From IMG/VR virus record IMGVR_UViG_3300043399_000676: a DNA stretch of 43,157 nt, one strand, 5' to 3'. Positions 1 to 8,923 of the stretch are shown here, one piece after another. Source of the stretch: a virus (lineage: Duplodnaviria > Heunggongvirae > Uroviricota > Caudoviricetes). The notes under the pieces are model-generated. The model was not told where the DNA came from. It did not search any database and saw nothing but the letters and a program-made list of their open reading frames with translations. The first letter of the stretch is position 1. Each line of letters opens with the position of its first letter. The translations under genes were made by a program, and so were the position numbers.

Positions 1-127
1 CACCTGCATCAGGTAGTGCACCTGCACCAAGTCCTGCACCTGCATCAGGTAGTGCACCTGCACCAAGTCCTGCACCTGCATCAGGTAGTGCACCTGCACC
101 AAGTCCTGCACCTGCATCAGGTAGTGC
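1..127 (+). repeat. Perfect 36-nt tandem repeat, about 3.5 copies visible, encoding a 12-aa Pro/Ala/Ser unit
   Basis: cacctgcatcaggtagtgcacctgcaccaagtcctg at 1-36, 37-72 and 73-108, with a partial copy at 109-127. No spacers. Confidence 0.95.
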
Positions 128-281
128 CCCCGCAGCAAGAACTCCGTATCAAAAAATAATGGACATGGTAAATGTGATGAATGAAACGGAATTGGAGCAA
201 TTACTAAAGGATATAGATAAAGTATTGCAAGGCAAGAAAAATTATTATGTAGAAAGCAAAATAAGAAGAAGAAATAGGTAA
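3..281 (+). CDS. Partial CDS (5' end outside window): Pro/Ala/Ser-repeat protein with a short helical, basic C-terminus
   Basis: Hand translation of frame 3 is open from base 3 to TAA at 279-281: (PASGSAPAPSPA)n then ARTPYQKIMDMVNVMNETELEQLLKDIDKVLQGKKNYYVESKIRRRNR. Not in the supplied track because it has no start codon in the window. Confidence 0.75.
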   Translation, partial: PASGSAPAPSPAPASGSAPAPSPAPASGSAPAPSPAPASGSAPAARTPYQKIMDMVNVMNETELEQLLKDIDKVLQGKKNYYVESKIRRRNR

Positions 282-308
282 AAGAATTCTCACTCGGGAT
301 GGGAAGAC

Positions 309-353
309 TGAGCATTTCGGTGCTCAATGAGGGTACTTCGGTACCCTCATTTT
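309..353 (+). terminator. Rho-independent terminator: two tandem UUCG hairpins
   Basis: tgagcat-TTCG-gtgctca (309-326, one G-U pair) followed by the perfect 11-bp stem aatgagggtac-TTCG-gtaccctcatt (326-351) with a short T-run. C(UUCG)G loops are typical of T4-like phage terminators. Confidence 0.75.
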
Positions 354-360
354 ATAAATA
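353..360 (+). promoter_or_regulatory. T4-type late promoter TATAAATA
   Basis: Exact match to the T4 gp55 late consensus, between the terminator and ATG 368. Confidence 0.7.
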
Positions 361-367
361 CTATACC

Positions 368-745
368 ATGAAAATAAATGAACTTTTAGGCCAAACATCG
401 ACACCTAGTGTAGCATATCATGTAACTACAGAAACTAATGCTAAAAGCATCCTAAGAACAGGATTAGAACCTAGGAATGATGCTCATCACAACTTTTATG
501 ATGATGGTCCTAGGATTTATCTCATAGTCGATACTAAGGATATATCTACCGTGGCAGGATGGTTATCCGCTAGGTTAGAAAATGAAAATTGTCTGCATGA
601 AGAAGATTGCAGTCTTACTTTGTTAAAAATTGATGTAACTGGTTTAGAACTAATACCTAGCTTGGGAACAACTTATACAACAAAACCAATCAGCCCGGAC
701 CGAATAACAGACTTGGGTTGGAGAGGACTAGGAAGATACTACTAA
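368..745 (+). CDS. ADP-ribosyltransferase-fold protein (Tpt1/KptA C-lobe-like NAD-binding domain)
   Basis: Motifs YHVT..NAKSILRTGLEP, RIYL, LLKIDV and KPISPDRI match the YHGT..SI..GL.P / VxL / L.ID / I.P..I pattern of ART-fold domains. Start moved from 299 to ATG 368 (MKINELL) because 299-367 overlaps the terminator and promoter. Confidence 0.6.
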   Translation: MKINELLGQTSTPSVAYHVTTETNAKSILRTGLEPRNDAHHNFYDDGPRIYLIVDTKDISTVAGWLSARLENENCLHEEDCSLTLLKIDVTGLELIPSLGTTYTTKPISPDRITDLGWRGLGRYY

Positions 746-772
746 AGTGCGTCTATTTTTGGTTACCAAAAT

Positions 773-780
773 GATAAATA
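773..780 (+). promoter_or_regulatory. Putative late promoter GATAAATA
   Basis: xATAAATA motif in the intergenic gap 22 nt before ATG 803; an aggga SD-like sequence follows. Confidence 0.55.
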
Positions 781-802
781 CAAATATATCAGGGAATCAA
801 AG

Positions 803-1489
803 ATGGCAGCAGATCCATTTAACTCAGCAGGCGGGTATACGATAGGAATACCTCCTATTATTTTTGTAGATTCAGGGGGAAACTTACAAGCCTCTACTGC
901 AAATATTAACGCCGTCGTTGCCAACTCTATAACCTCAAATGCATTTTATGGTACATTCTACGGTAACATAACAGGTAATGTTACTATAGATGCAGCTAAT
1001 ACTCAAGTTTTGTTTACTGTTAATACTGGACCAGGTAGTGACGGTGTCCCTACTGGCAGTGATAATTTTACTTTTGACAGCGTAACTAATCAGCTTACAC
1101 TCAAAGGTGATTTATTTGTTGATTCGGTTACACTAGGCACAGGAAACAATGAGTTTAGTACGTCGAGAGTCACCTTTGCGACTACTGTAAGTGATTCTAT
1201 TGATCAAGTCCTTCATATAACTCCCAGCAATGAGATTTGTTCAATTGACTATACAATCATTGCTACAGACACCGGGACAAATGCTAGGCAGACTAGTAAA
1301 CTATTTGCCACAGTATACGGGAACGAAGTTGGTTATTTTGAGTATGGAACTATTGACGTTCCATTATATGGGCCTGGGGTCGGAGATTTTAAAGTAGTAT
1401 ATGACTCTGGTAACGTGTTATTAACGGTTACTCCGGTAACGTCAAATTTGGTTAACTATAAAATAATGGTTACCTCTTATAAGGAATAA
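803..1489 (+). CDS. Virion structural / fibre adaptor protein
   Basis: 228 aa, Thr/Val/Asn/Gly beta-rich. N-terminal PFNSAGGYTIG motif. Ends in an ~90-aa domain alignable with the C-termini of 1496, 17264 and 40249. Confidence 0.7.
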   Translation: MAADPFNSAGGYTIGIPPIIFVDSGGNLQASTANINAVVANSITSNAFYGTFYGNITGNVTIDAANTQVLFTVNTGPGSDGVPTGSDNFTFDSVTNQLTLKGDLFVDSVTLGTGNNEFSTSRVTFATTVSDSIDQVLHITPSNEICSIDYTIIATDTGTNARQTSKLFATVYGNEVGYFEYGTIDVPLYGPGVGDFKVVYDSGNVLLTVTPVTSNLVNYKIMVTSYKE

Positions 1490-1495
1490 AAAATC

Positions 1496-3796
1496 ATGGC
1501 AATAAGAACTTTTAATTCTGTTGGCGGTTTTTCAGTAGGTGAAAATCCAGCCAACATTATTTTAGCGAACGGAGACATCACTACCGCTAATATCACGCTA
1601 ACTGGAAATATAGCGGCTAATAATGTCCTAACAGATCATATACGATATGCGAACGGTGAACCTTACCAAACTTCAGCAGGTGGTTCAAACACGCAAATAC
1701 AGTTTAATAATGATTCTTCATTTGCAGGAAGTGCAAATCTTACTTTTAATAAGGATACTAATACCTTAACGTTGACAAATGGTAACATTGTCGCTGGAGG
1801 TATTAAGACTGACAATTATTACTATGCGAACGGTGTTGCACTTGACATGCAACAACCCGCCGGCTCTAATACACAGATTCAGTTTAATAATGCAGGTGAC
1901 TTTGGTGCTTCTGCAAACTTAGTTTTCAACAGTACGACTAATACTCTTACGTTAACTAACGGCGCAGCAAATATAAGCAATGTCAACGTAAGTGGCAATT
2001 TAACTTCACCTAATATTATTAATGGTACTACTAATATCAGGTTGATAGAAAGTGGTAATATTGCACTTACAGTCGGTGGCACATCTAACGTCGTAGTTGT
2101 GACTACTACAGGTGCTAATGTCACAGGAACGCTAAATGTATCAGGTAATGCAAACGTAGGAAACTTAGGTGCAACTAATGTAGTTGCAACCTTGTTAACT
2201 GGTACATTAACTACTGCTGCACAACCAAATATTACAAGTGTTGGCACACTGTCCAGTCTAAGTGTAACTGGAAACATAGGTGCAGGTAACGTAAATGCAG
2301 GTAATTTATTAACTGCAAACTATTTAACCGGTACATTAACTACCGCTGCACAGCCAAACATCACAAGTGTTGGCACGCTATCATCTTTGTCAGTCACTGC
2401 TAATATTACGGCTGGTAATGTAAATGCAGGTAATCTATTAACTGCAAACTATGTCGCAGGCACATTAACTACGGCAGCGCAGCCAAACATCACAAGTGTC
2501 GGTACATTAACAAGCTTAAGCGTAACTGGTAACTTGTCAGCAGGTAATATTATAGGTCCATTGGCAAATGGTAATAGTAATGTAAATATACCTGCTGCAA
2601 ATGGTAACGTTAACGTAAGCGTTGCTGGTAATGCAAACGTACTAGTAGTTACTGGAGTAGGAGCAAACGTCTCAGGGACGTTAGGAGTAACAGGCAATGT
2701 GTCTGCCAATAACATGTCTACTTCTAATAACTTGCAAGTTGGCAAAGACTTGACAGTTACAGGTAACTTGACCGTTGGTGGATCTACGACTTATATTAAC
2801 GTAACGAACACAAGTATTGTTGATCCGTTGATCGATTTGGGCGGAAGCGCAAACGGTGGAAACGCAACTAGCTATGATGCAAAAGACAGAGGTCTAATAC
2901 TAAGAAATTACTATTCTAATGGTAGTGGCACCTTCAATCAAGGATTTATTTGGAAAACTGCAAATCTAGAATTCCAAGCAATATCCAATGTCACTAGTAT
3001 TACTGGTGAAGTAGTTGTTGGTGATTTAGGTAATATCCGTTTAAATACATTAATTGGTAACGTAGAAGCTTCGACGGTAACTACCCCAAAAGTACTGAAC
3101 GGTACAAGTAATGTCTCGTTAGTTAACAATGGAAATGTAACAGTAAGTGTAGGCGGAACTGCAAACGTTGCCGTGTTCTCAACGACTGGTGCAAATATTT
3201 CCGGTACATTAGGTGTAAGCGGAAACTTAACGGCAGGTAATGTCTCAACAACTGCTGTCTCAGCAACAGGTAATGTCTCTGGTGGTAACTTAACAACAGG
3301 CGGTGTTGTAACTGCAACAGGTAATGTCTCTGGTGGTAACTTAACAACAGGTGGAAGCGTCGTTGCAACAGGTAATGTCTCTGGTGGTAACTTAACAACA
3401 GGTGGAAGCGTCGTTGCAACAGGCAATGTTCAGGGCAACAACGCAATATTCACCAATGACGTTAAGATTGGTAATACTCACATTAATTGGGCAACTGCAA
3501 ACACTACCAGTACTACACCAGCTAATCAAACTATTGCAACAATAAGTGCAGCAGGAATAAGGGGAGTGGAGTTTTTTGTTAGAGGTGAAGAATCTTTAGG
3601 TGGTAAATACTATATTGCTACAGTTTCAGCAGTGCATAATGGCAGTTCAGTAGATTATGCCGTTTATGGAACTGTAGCATTGGGAGGTTCTACTGGAGCC
3701 CTAGCTGTTAACTATAGTGCAGGAAATATCACATTAGACGTAACTCCTGCATCAAGTAATAATACAGTTTGGGTCGTACAGTATAGAACAATTTAA
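1496..3796 (+). CDS. Tail/head fibre protein with Asn/Gly/Val/Thr beta-repeats
   Basis: 766 aa. TFNSVGGFSVG N-motif, two GSNTQIQFNN modules, 43-aa and 17-aa repeats, and the shared C-terminal domain. Confidence 0.8.
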   Translation: MAIRTFNSVGGFSVGENPANIILANGDITTANITLTGNIAANNVLTDHIRYANGEPYQTSAGGSNTQIQFNNDSSFAGSANLTFNKDTNTLTLTNGNIVAGGIKTDNYYYANGVALDMQQPAGSNTQIQFNNAGDFGASANLVFNSTTNTLTLTNGAANISNVNVSGNLTSPNIINGTTNIRLIESGNIALTVGGTSNVVVVTTTGANVTGTLNVSGNANVGNLGATNVVATLLTGTLTTAAQPNITSVGTLSSLSVTGNIGAGNVNAGNLLTANYLTGTLTTAAQPNITSVGTLSSLSVTANITAGNVNAGNLLTANYVAGTLTTAAQPNITSVGTLTSLSVTGNLSAGNIIGPLANGNSNVNIPAANGNVNVSVAGNANVLVVTGVGANVSGTLGVTGNVSANNMSTSNNLQVGKDLTVTGNLTVGGSTTYINVTNTSIVDPLIDLGGSANGGNATSYDAKDRGLILRNYYSNGSGTFNQGFIWKTANLEFQAISNVTSITGEVVVGDLGNIRLNTLIGNVEASTVTTPKVLNGTSNVSLVNNGNVTVSVGGTANVAVFSTTGANISGTLGVSGNLTAGNVSTTAVSATGNVSGGNLTTGGVVTATGNVSGGNLTTGGSVVATGNVSGGNLTTGGSVVATGNVQGNNAIFTNDVKIGNTHINWATANTTSTTPANQTIATISAAGIRGVEFFVRGEESLGGKYYIATVSAVHNGSSVDYAVYGTVALGGSTGALAVNYSAGNITLDVTPASSNNTVWVVQYRTI
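2201..2550 (+). repeat. 129-nt / 43-aa internal repeat (GTLTTAAQPNITSVGTLSSLSVT...), about 2.7 copies
   Basis: Units start at 2201, 2330 and 2459, with synonymous divergence between them. Confidence 0.9.
3269..3440 (+). repeat. 51-nt / 17-aa tandem repeat (GNVSGGNLTTGGxVxAT), 3 copies plus a partial
   Basis: Units start at 3269, 3320, 3371 and (partial) 3422; near-identical at DNA level. Confidence 0.9.
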
Positions 3797-3813
3797 TCTA
3801 GTATTTTTACCTG

Positions 3814-3821
3814 AGTAAATA
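3814..3821 (+). promoter_or_regulatory. Putative late promoter AGTAAATA
   Basis: TAAATA core 4 nt before the GTG start at 3826; no SD visible. Confidence 0.45.
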
Positions 3822-3825
3822 ATCA

Positions 3826-6800
3826 GTGTCTAATAAAAAGTTTAATGCAGTAGATGGAGTATCGGTTGGTCATGATCCAGTAATCGGTGTAATAGATAGC
3901 AACGGTAATTGGACAGGTAACGTAATCCCTGTAACTAAGGGGGGCACTGGTACTTCATCACTTCCGGCAAATGCAGTAATATTAGGAAATAATACCTCTT
4001 CGGTAGGATCTGTTTTGCCTGGTAACTCAGGCAATCTCTTGGTTTCCGATGGATCTACGTGGGTGAGTCAAAACGTAGGTAATCTTTCGGGGTTTAGTGG
4101 TGTATCTGGTCGAAGTGGATATTCTGGTATTAGCGGCTTTAGTGGAGCATCTGGTCGAAGTGGATATTCTGGTATTAGCGGCTTTAGTGGAGCATCTGGA
4201 TATTCCGGTGTCAGTGGATATTCCGGTGTCAGTGGATATTCCGGTGTCAGTGGATATTCCGGTGTCAGTGGATTTTCTGGTTACTCAGGTGCATCTGGTA
4301 CATCAGGTATAAGTGGTTATTCAGGCATCAATGGTGCATCAGGTGTAAGCGGATTCTCTGGCTATTCAGGCATCAGTGGTGCTAATGGTACATCAGGCGT
4401 AAGTGGTTACTCAGGTGCAAGTGGTACATCCGGTACATCAGGATGGAGTGGTTATTCAGGCGCAAGTGGTACATCAGGCGTAAGTGGTTATTCTGGTGCG
4501 AGTGGTTCCTCAGGAAGAAGTGGTTACTCTGGTGCGAGTGGTGTGTCAGGTTATTCTGGCGCATCTGGTACATCAGGTATTAGTGGTTACTCAGGTGTAA
4601 GTGGTTACAGTGGTTACTCAGGTAGATCAGGATATAGTGGTGTTAGCGGGTATTCAGGTGTAAGTGGATGGAGCGGGTATAGTGGTGTGATGTACACTAT
4701 TGTTCCTAGTGATACTGCACCTCTTAATCCTGTTGATGGTCAAATATGGTTTGATTCTACTACAGGCAAGTCTTACTTTTATTTCAATGATGGATCTAGC
4801 AGTCAATGGGTTTTGTTTGCAGATCCTACTGTTACTGATGGTCAAGATGGAGAAAGTGGATACAGCGGTATCTCAGGTGTTAGTGGATTAAGTGGGATTT
4901 CTGGTTACTCAGGGACAAGTGGTCGTTCTGGGTATTCTGGTGAAGTAGGACTATCTGGTACTAGTGGATATAGTGGTTCATCAGGAAGAAGTGGATATAG
5001 TGGTGTATCAGGATATAGTGGCACAATTGGTATCAGTGGATTCAGTGGTTATTCTGGTGCGAGCGGTGCCTCAGGTAGAAGTGGATATAGTGGTGTATCA
5101 GGTTACTCAGGTGCATCTGGTACATCAGGCATAAGTGGTTACTCAGGTGCGAGTGGTGTATCAGGTTACTCAGGTGCATCTGGTACATCAGGCATAAGTG
5201 GTTACTCAGGTGCATCAGGCATAAGTGGTTATTCTGGTGCGAGCGGTTCTTCAGGAAGAAGTGGATATAGCGGACAACCAGGAACATCCGGTATTAGCGG
5301 ATATTCCGGTATTTCGGGAGCCAGTGGCACATCAGGTATCAGTGGTTACTCGGGTGTTAGTGGTTTTAGCGGTGCCTCAGGTATAAGTGGTGTGTCAGGT
5401 TATTCTGGTGCATCTGGCACATCGGGCATAAGTGGGTACTCAGGCGTCAGTGGGTACTCAGGAGTAAGTGGCTACTCAGGTGCGTCTGGTACATCAGGTA
5501 TCAGTGGTTACTCGGGTGTTAGTGGTTTCAGTGGCGCATCTGGCACATCGGGCATAAGTGGGTACTCAGGAGTAAGTGGTTACTCGGGTGCGTCTGGTAC
5601 ATCAGGTATCAGTGGTTACTCGGGTGTTAGTGGTTTCAGTGGCGCATCTGGCACATCGGGCATAAGTGGGTACTCAGGAGTAAGTGGCGCATCTGGCACA
5701 TCGGGCATAAGTGGGTACTCAGGCGTCAGCGGCTTTAGCGGTGCCTCAGGTAGAAGTGGGTTCAGCGGTTACTCAGGCGCATCTGGCACATCAGGATGGA
5801 GTGGTTACTCAGGCGTCAGCGGCTTTAGCGGTGCCTCAGGATGGAGCGGATACAGCGGCGTCTCTGGAGAAATAGGGGAATCAGGTATCAGTGGCTACTC
5901 GGGTGTCAGTGGGTACAGTGGCACATCTGGTACATCAGGTGTCAGTGGGTACTCAGGAGTAAGTGGCACATCTGGTACATCAGGTATCAGTGGCTACTCG
6001 GGAGAAAGCGGTCAAAGTGGTTCATCCGGTTACTCAGGTAAGTCAGGATATTCAGGCATAAGTGGGTACAGTGGGTATAGTGGTAGATCAGGATATTCAG
6101 GCGTTAGTGGTGCAACTGGTACATCAGGGTGGAGTGGTTACTCAGGATGGAGTGGGTACAGTGGTGCATCTGGAGTATCCGGTTGGAGTGGAATCGACGG
6201 CGAATCAGGTATAAGTGGATACAGTGGTATATCCGGTTGGAGTGGATACAGTGGCGAATCTGGTACATCAGGCATCAGTGGGTATTCTGGCATCAGTGGA
6301 TATTCTGGATCAGTTGGACCTTCAGGATGGAGTGGTTACTCGGGTGTCAGTGGGGTATCAGGATTTAGTGGTGCTAGAGGCGCGATATCAATAACTACCT
6401 CAACAAGTCCCCCTCTTAATCCCATTGAAGGCGATATTTGGATTGATGAAGATACTGGTATTCAATACTTCTATTTCCAAGACGGTGACAGTTCTCAGTG
6501 GGTAGAGCTTGCGAACGCAGGTATATCTGGTTTTTCTGGATTGAGTGGTATAGGCGACAACTATGCCACCTCAAGTTCTACATCTCTTACTATAGGTACA
6601 GGAACAAAAACACTTACGGTAGAGACTGGATTAGCGTATACCCCTGGTCAGGCAGTAATCATTGCATTTGATGGTTCTAACTACATGTCAGGTACAGTTA
6701 GTACCTATAATGTTTCTACTGGGCAATTAGTTGCTAATATTACTGATACATTAGGTTTAGGTACGTATTCTACTTGGTCAGTTAATCTAACAGGAACTCC

Positions 6801-8922
6801 AGGACCAGATGGAGTAAGTGGTTATTCAGGGGTATCTGGATTTAGTGGTTTAAGTGGGAGATCAGGTTATTCTGGTATCTCAGGATACAGTGGTATCTCA
6901 GGGTCGGGTACTTCGGGATATAGCGGTGTATCTGGGTTTAGTGGAAGATCAGGATACAGTGGCGTCCAAGGGGCGAGTGGATATTCAGGTGTGTCAGGAC
7001 AAAACGGGACATCTGGGTTTAGTGGAAGATCAGGTTATAGTGGTGTATCCGGGTCACAAGGTATTTCAGGAAACAGCGGTTATTCAGGGGTAAGTGGAAT
7101 AAGCGGGTATTCAGGTGAACCTGGACAAATTGGTGAAAGTGGAATAAGCGGGTATTCAGGTGAACCGGGGGCGACTGGTGAATCGGGATTTAGTGGATAC
7201 AGTGGAATAAGCGGTAGGTCAGGTTATTCGGGTATCAGTGGATACAGTGGATTGTCAGGGTCAACCGGATCAAGTGGATTTAGTGGTATCAGTGGATACA
7301 GCGGAGTATCTGGCTATTCTGGAAGATCAGGATACTCAGGCGTTAGCGGTGCAACTGGCTCTTCTGGATTTAGTGGATTGTCAGGATCAATTGGTGTATC
7401 TGGTTACTCAGGCATAAGTGGTGCATCTGGATATTCAGGCATAAGTGGTTATTCAGGCGCATCTGGCACATCAGGATGGAGTGGTTACTCAGGTGCAAGT
7501 GGTGCATTCGGTACATCAGGATGGAGCGGATATTCAGGTATAAGTGGTTTTAGTGGTGCATCCGGCGTATCTGGCTGGAGTGGTTATTCAGGTGTCAGTG
7601 GATACAGTGGCACATCTGGTACATCAGGTATAAGTGGTTACTCAGGTATAAGTGGTTTTAGTGGCACATCTGGTACATCAGGTATAAGTGGTTATTCAGG
7701 TGTCAGTGGTTTTAGTGGTGCATCCGGCGTATCTGGCTGGAGTGGTTATTCAGGTGTCAGTGGTTTTAGTGGTGCATCCGGCGTATCTGGTTGGAGTGGT
7801 TATTCAGGTGTCAGTGGTTTTAGTGGTGCATCCGGCGTATCTGGTTGGAGTGGTTATTCAGGTATAAGTGGTTTTAGTGGTGCATCCGGCACATCAGGAT
7901 CATTAGGTATTAGTGGTTATAGCGGAATAAGCGGAGTTAATGGCGAATCAGGTGCATCAGGGTATAGTGGCGTATCCGGATCACAAGGACTTTCAGGGTT
8001 CAGTGGTTTTAGTGGACAAGGTCTATCTGGGTTCAGCGGATATTCAGGTCAGAGCGGTATAGGAAACAGCGGATATTCAGGTGTTTCAGGAGAAATTGGC
8101 GTTTCCGGCTACAGTGGCGCAAGTGGGTATTCGGGTGTTTCCGGCTACAGTGGCGCAAGTGGGTATTCGGGTGTTTCTGGTTATTCTGGGGCTGGATATA
8201 AAGCAACATCCAACACTTTAATGTCTGCTGGATTGGGAGCCAAGAGCTTTAACGTAAACGTAGTGGGTGCTTATTCGGTAGGAACTAGAGTACGAGTGGC
8301 CTCAGTCGCTCTCCCTGACGCTGAGTTCTTTGAAGGGGTGATTACGGAAATAAGTTCAACTACTATTTTCGTAGATTCGGATTATTTCAAGGGAGGCGCT
8401 ACTGTTTCATCTTGGACTGTTTCGGTAGCAGGTGAAATAGGACAAAGCGGGTATTCAGGTAGGTCAGGGTATAGTGGTATAAGTGGTTACTCAGGATCTA
8501 GTGGGTATAGTGGTTACTCAGGATCTAGTGGGTTTAGCGGGGTTAGTGGTTACTCAGGTACTACTCCTACTACAATGACAGTTGCAGTATCTGATGAGAC
8601 AACTGCGTTGACAACAGGTACAGCGAAAATTACATTCAGAGCACCGTTTGCAATGACTCTAACTCAGATTCCTAGAGCGTCACTATCTACTGCGTCAACA
8701 TCAGGGGCGGTTACAGTTGATATCAATGAAGCAGGAACAAGTATTCTTGGGGCAAATAAGCTATCAATTGATGCTAATGAAAAAACAAGCACTACTGCAA
8801 CTACCCCAACTACCCTTGCTGATACATCAATTGCCGATGACGCAGAAATAACAATCGATATTGATGGTGCAGGCACAGGTGCTGCTGGATTAAAAGTAAC
8901 TATGTACTACTTAAAGACTTGA
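3826..8922 (+). CDS. Giant Gly-X-Ser collagen-like fibre protein (1698 aa)
   Basis: GTG start. Four blocks of GYS/GFS/GIS/GVS/GAS/GTS/GWS/GRS triplets (roughly 400 by hand estimate). Blocks are separated by two SxTxPxNPxxGxIWxDxxTGxxYFYFxDGxSSQWV modules and two paralogous ATSxTxxxxGxGxK beta modules. Globular C-terminal domain (SDETTALTTG...GLKV). Confidence 0.85.
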   Translation: MSNKKFNAVDGVSVGHDPVIGVIDSNGNWTGNVIPVTKGGTGTSSLPANAVILGNNTSSVGSVLPGNSGNLLVSDGSTWVSQNVGNLSGFSGVSGRSGYSGISGFSGASGRSGYSGISGFSGASGYSGVSGYSGVSGYSGVSGYSGVSGFSGYSGASGTSGISGYSGINGASGVSGFSGYSGISGANGTSGVSGYSGASGTSGTSGWSGYSGASGTSGVSGYSGASGSSGRSGYSGASGVSGYSGASGTSGISGYSGVSGYSGYSGRSGYSGVSGYSGVSGWSGYSGVMYTIVPSDTAPLNPVDGQIWFDSTTGKSYFYFNDGSSSQWVLFADPTVTDGQDGESGYSGISGVSGLSGISGYSGTSGRSGYSGEVGLSGTSGYSGSSGRSGYSGVSGYSGTIGISGFSGYSGASGASGRSGYSGVSGYSGASGTSGISGYSGASGVSGYSGASGTSGISGYSGASGISGYSGASGSSGRSGYSGQPGTSGISGYSGISGASGTSGISGYSGVSGFSGASGISGVSGYSGASGTSGISGYSGVSGYSGVSGYSGASGTSGISGYSGVSGFSGASGTSGISGYSGVSGYSGASGTSGISGYSGVSGFSGASGTSGISGYSGVSGASGTSGISGYSGVSGFSGASGRSGFSGYSGASGTSGWSGYSGVSGFSGASGWSGYSGVSGEIGESGISGYSGVSGYSGTSGTSGVSGYSGVSGTSGTSGISGYSGESGQSGSSGYSGKSGYSGISGYSGYSGRSGYSGVSGATGTSGWSGYSGWSGYSGASGVSGWSGIDGESGISGYSGISGWSGYSGESGTSGISGYSGISGYSGSVGPSGWSGYSGVSGVSGFSGARGAISITTSTSPPLNPIEGDIWIDEDTGIQYFYFQDGDSSQWVELANAGISGFSGLSGIGDNYATSSSTSLTIGTGTKTLTVETGLAYTPGQAVIIAFDGSNYMSGTVSTYNVSTGQLVANITDTLGLGTYSTWSVNLTGTPGPDGVSGYSGVSGFSGLSGRSGYSGISGYSGISGSGTSGYSGVSGFSGRSGYSGVQGASGYSGVSGQNGTSGFSGRSGYSGVSGSQGISGNSGYSGVSGISGYSGEPGQIGESGISGYSGEPGATGESGFSGYSGISGRSGYSGISGYSGLSGSTGSSGFSGISGYSGVSGYSGRSGYSGVSGATGSSGFSGLSGSIGVSGYSGISGASGYSGISGYSGASGTSGWSGYSGASGAFGTSGWSGYSGISGFSGASGVSGWSGYSGVSGYSGTSGTSGISGYSGISGFSGTSGTSGISGYSGVSGFSGASGVSGWSGYSGVSGFSGASGVSGWSGYSGVSGFSGASGVSGWSGYSGISGFSGASGTSGSLGISGYSGISGVNGESGASGYSGVSGSQGLSGFSGFSGQGLSGFSGYSGQSGIGNSGYSGVSGEIGVSGYSGASGYSGVSGYSGASGYSGVSGYSGAGYKATSNTLMSAGLGAKSFNVNVVGAYSVGTRVRVASVALPDAEFFEGVITEISSTTIFVDSDYFKGGATVSSWTVSVAGEIGQSGYSGRSGYSGISGYSGSSGYSGYSGSSGFSGVSGYSGTTPTTMTVAVSDETTALTTGTAKITFRAPFAMTLTQIPRASLSTASTSGAVTVDINEAGTSILGANKLSIDANEKTSTTATTPTTLADTSIADDAEITIDIDGAGTGAAGLKVTMYYLKT
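4198..4269 (+). repeat. 18-nt perfect tandem repeat x4 (ggatattccggtgtcagt; GYSGVS)
   Basis: Identical units at 4198, 4216, 4234 and 4252. Confidence 0.9.
7687..7890 (+). repeat. 54-nt near-perfect tandem repeat x3 plus a partial (SGYSGVSGFSGASGVSGW)
   Basis: Units at 7687, 7741 and 7795 (one synonymous change) and a partial unit at 7849. Confidence 0.9.
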
Positions 8923-8923
8923 T

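Noticed and set aside
1-127. Short direct repeats as a possible CRISPR array
   Set aside because: Copies are contiguous with no unique spacers and translate in frame as a Pro/Ala/Ser linker.
299-367. Longer N-terminus for the ART-fold ORF as given in the track
   Set aside because: It runs through the terminator hairpins and the TATAAATA promoter; ATG 368 fits better.
1879-3446. Antisense ORFs over the 1496 fibre gene
   Set aside because: Shadows of the repeat-rich sense gene; no recognisable domains.
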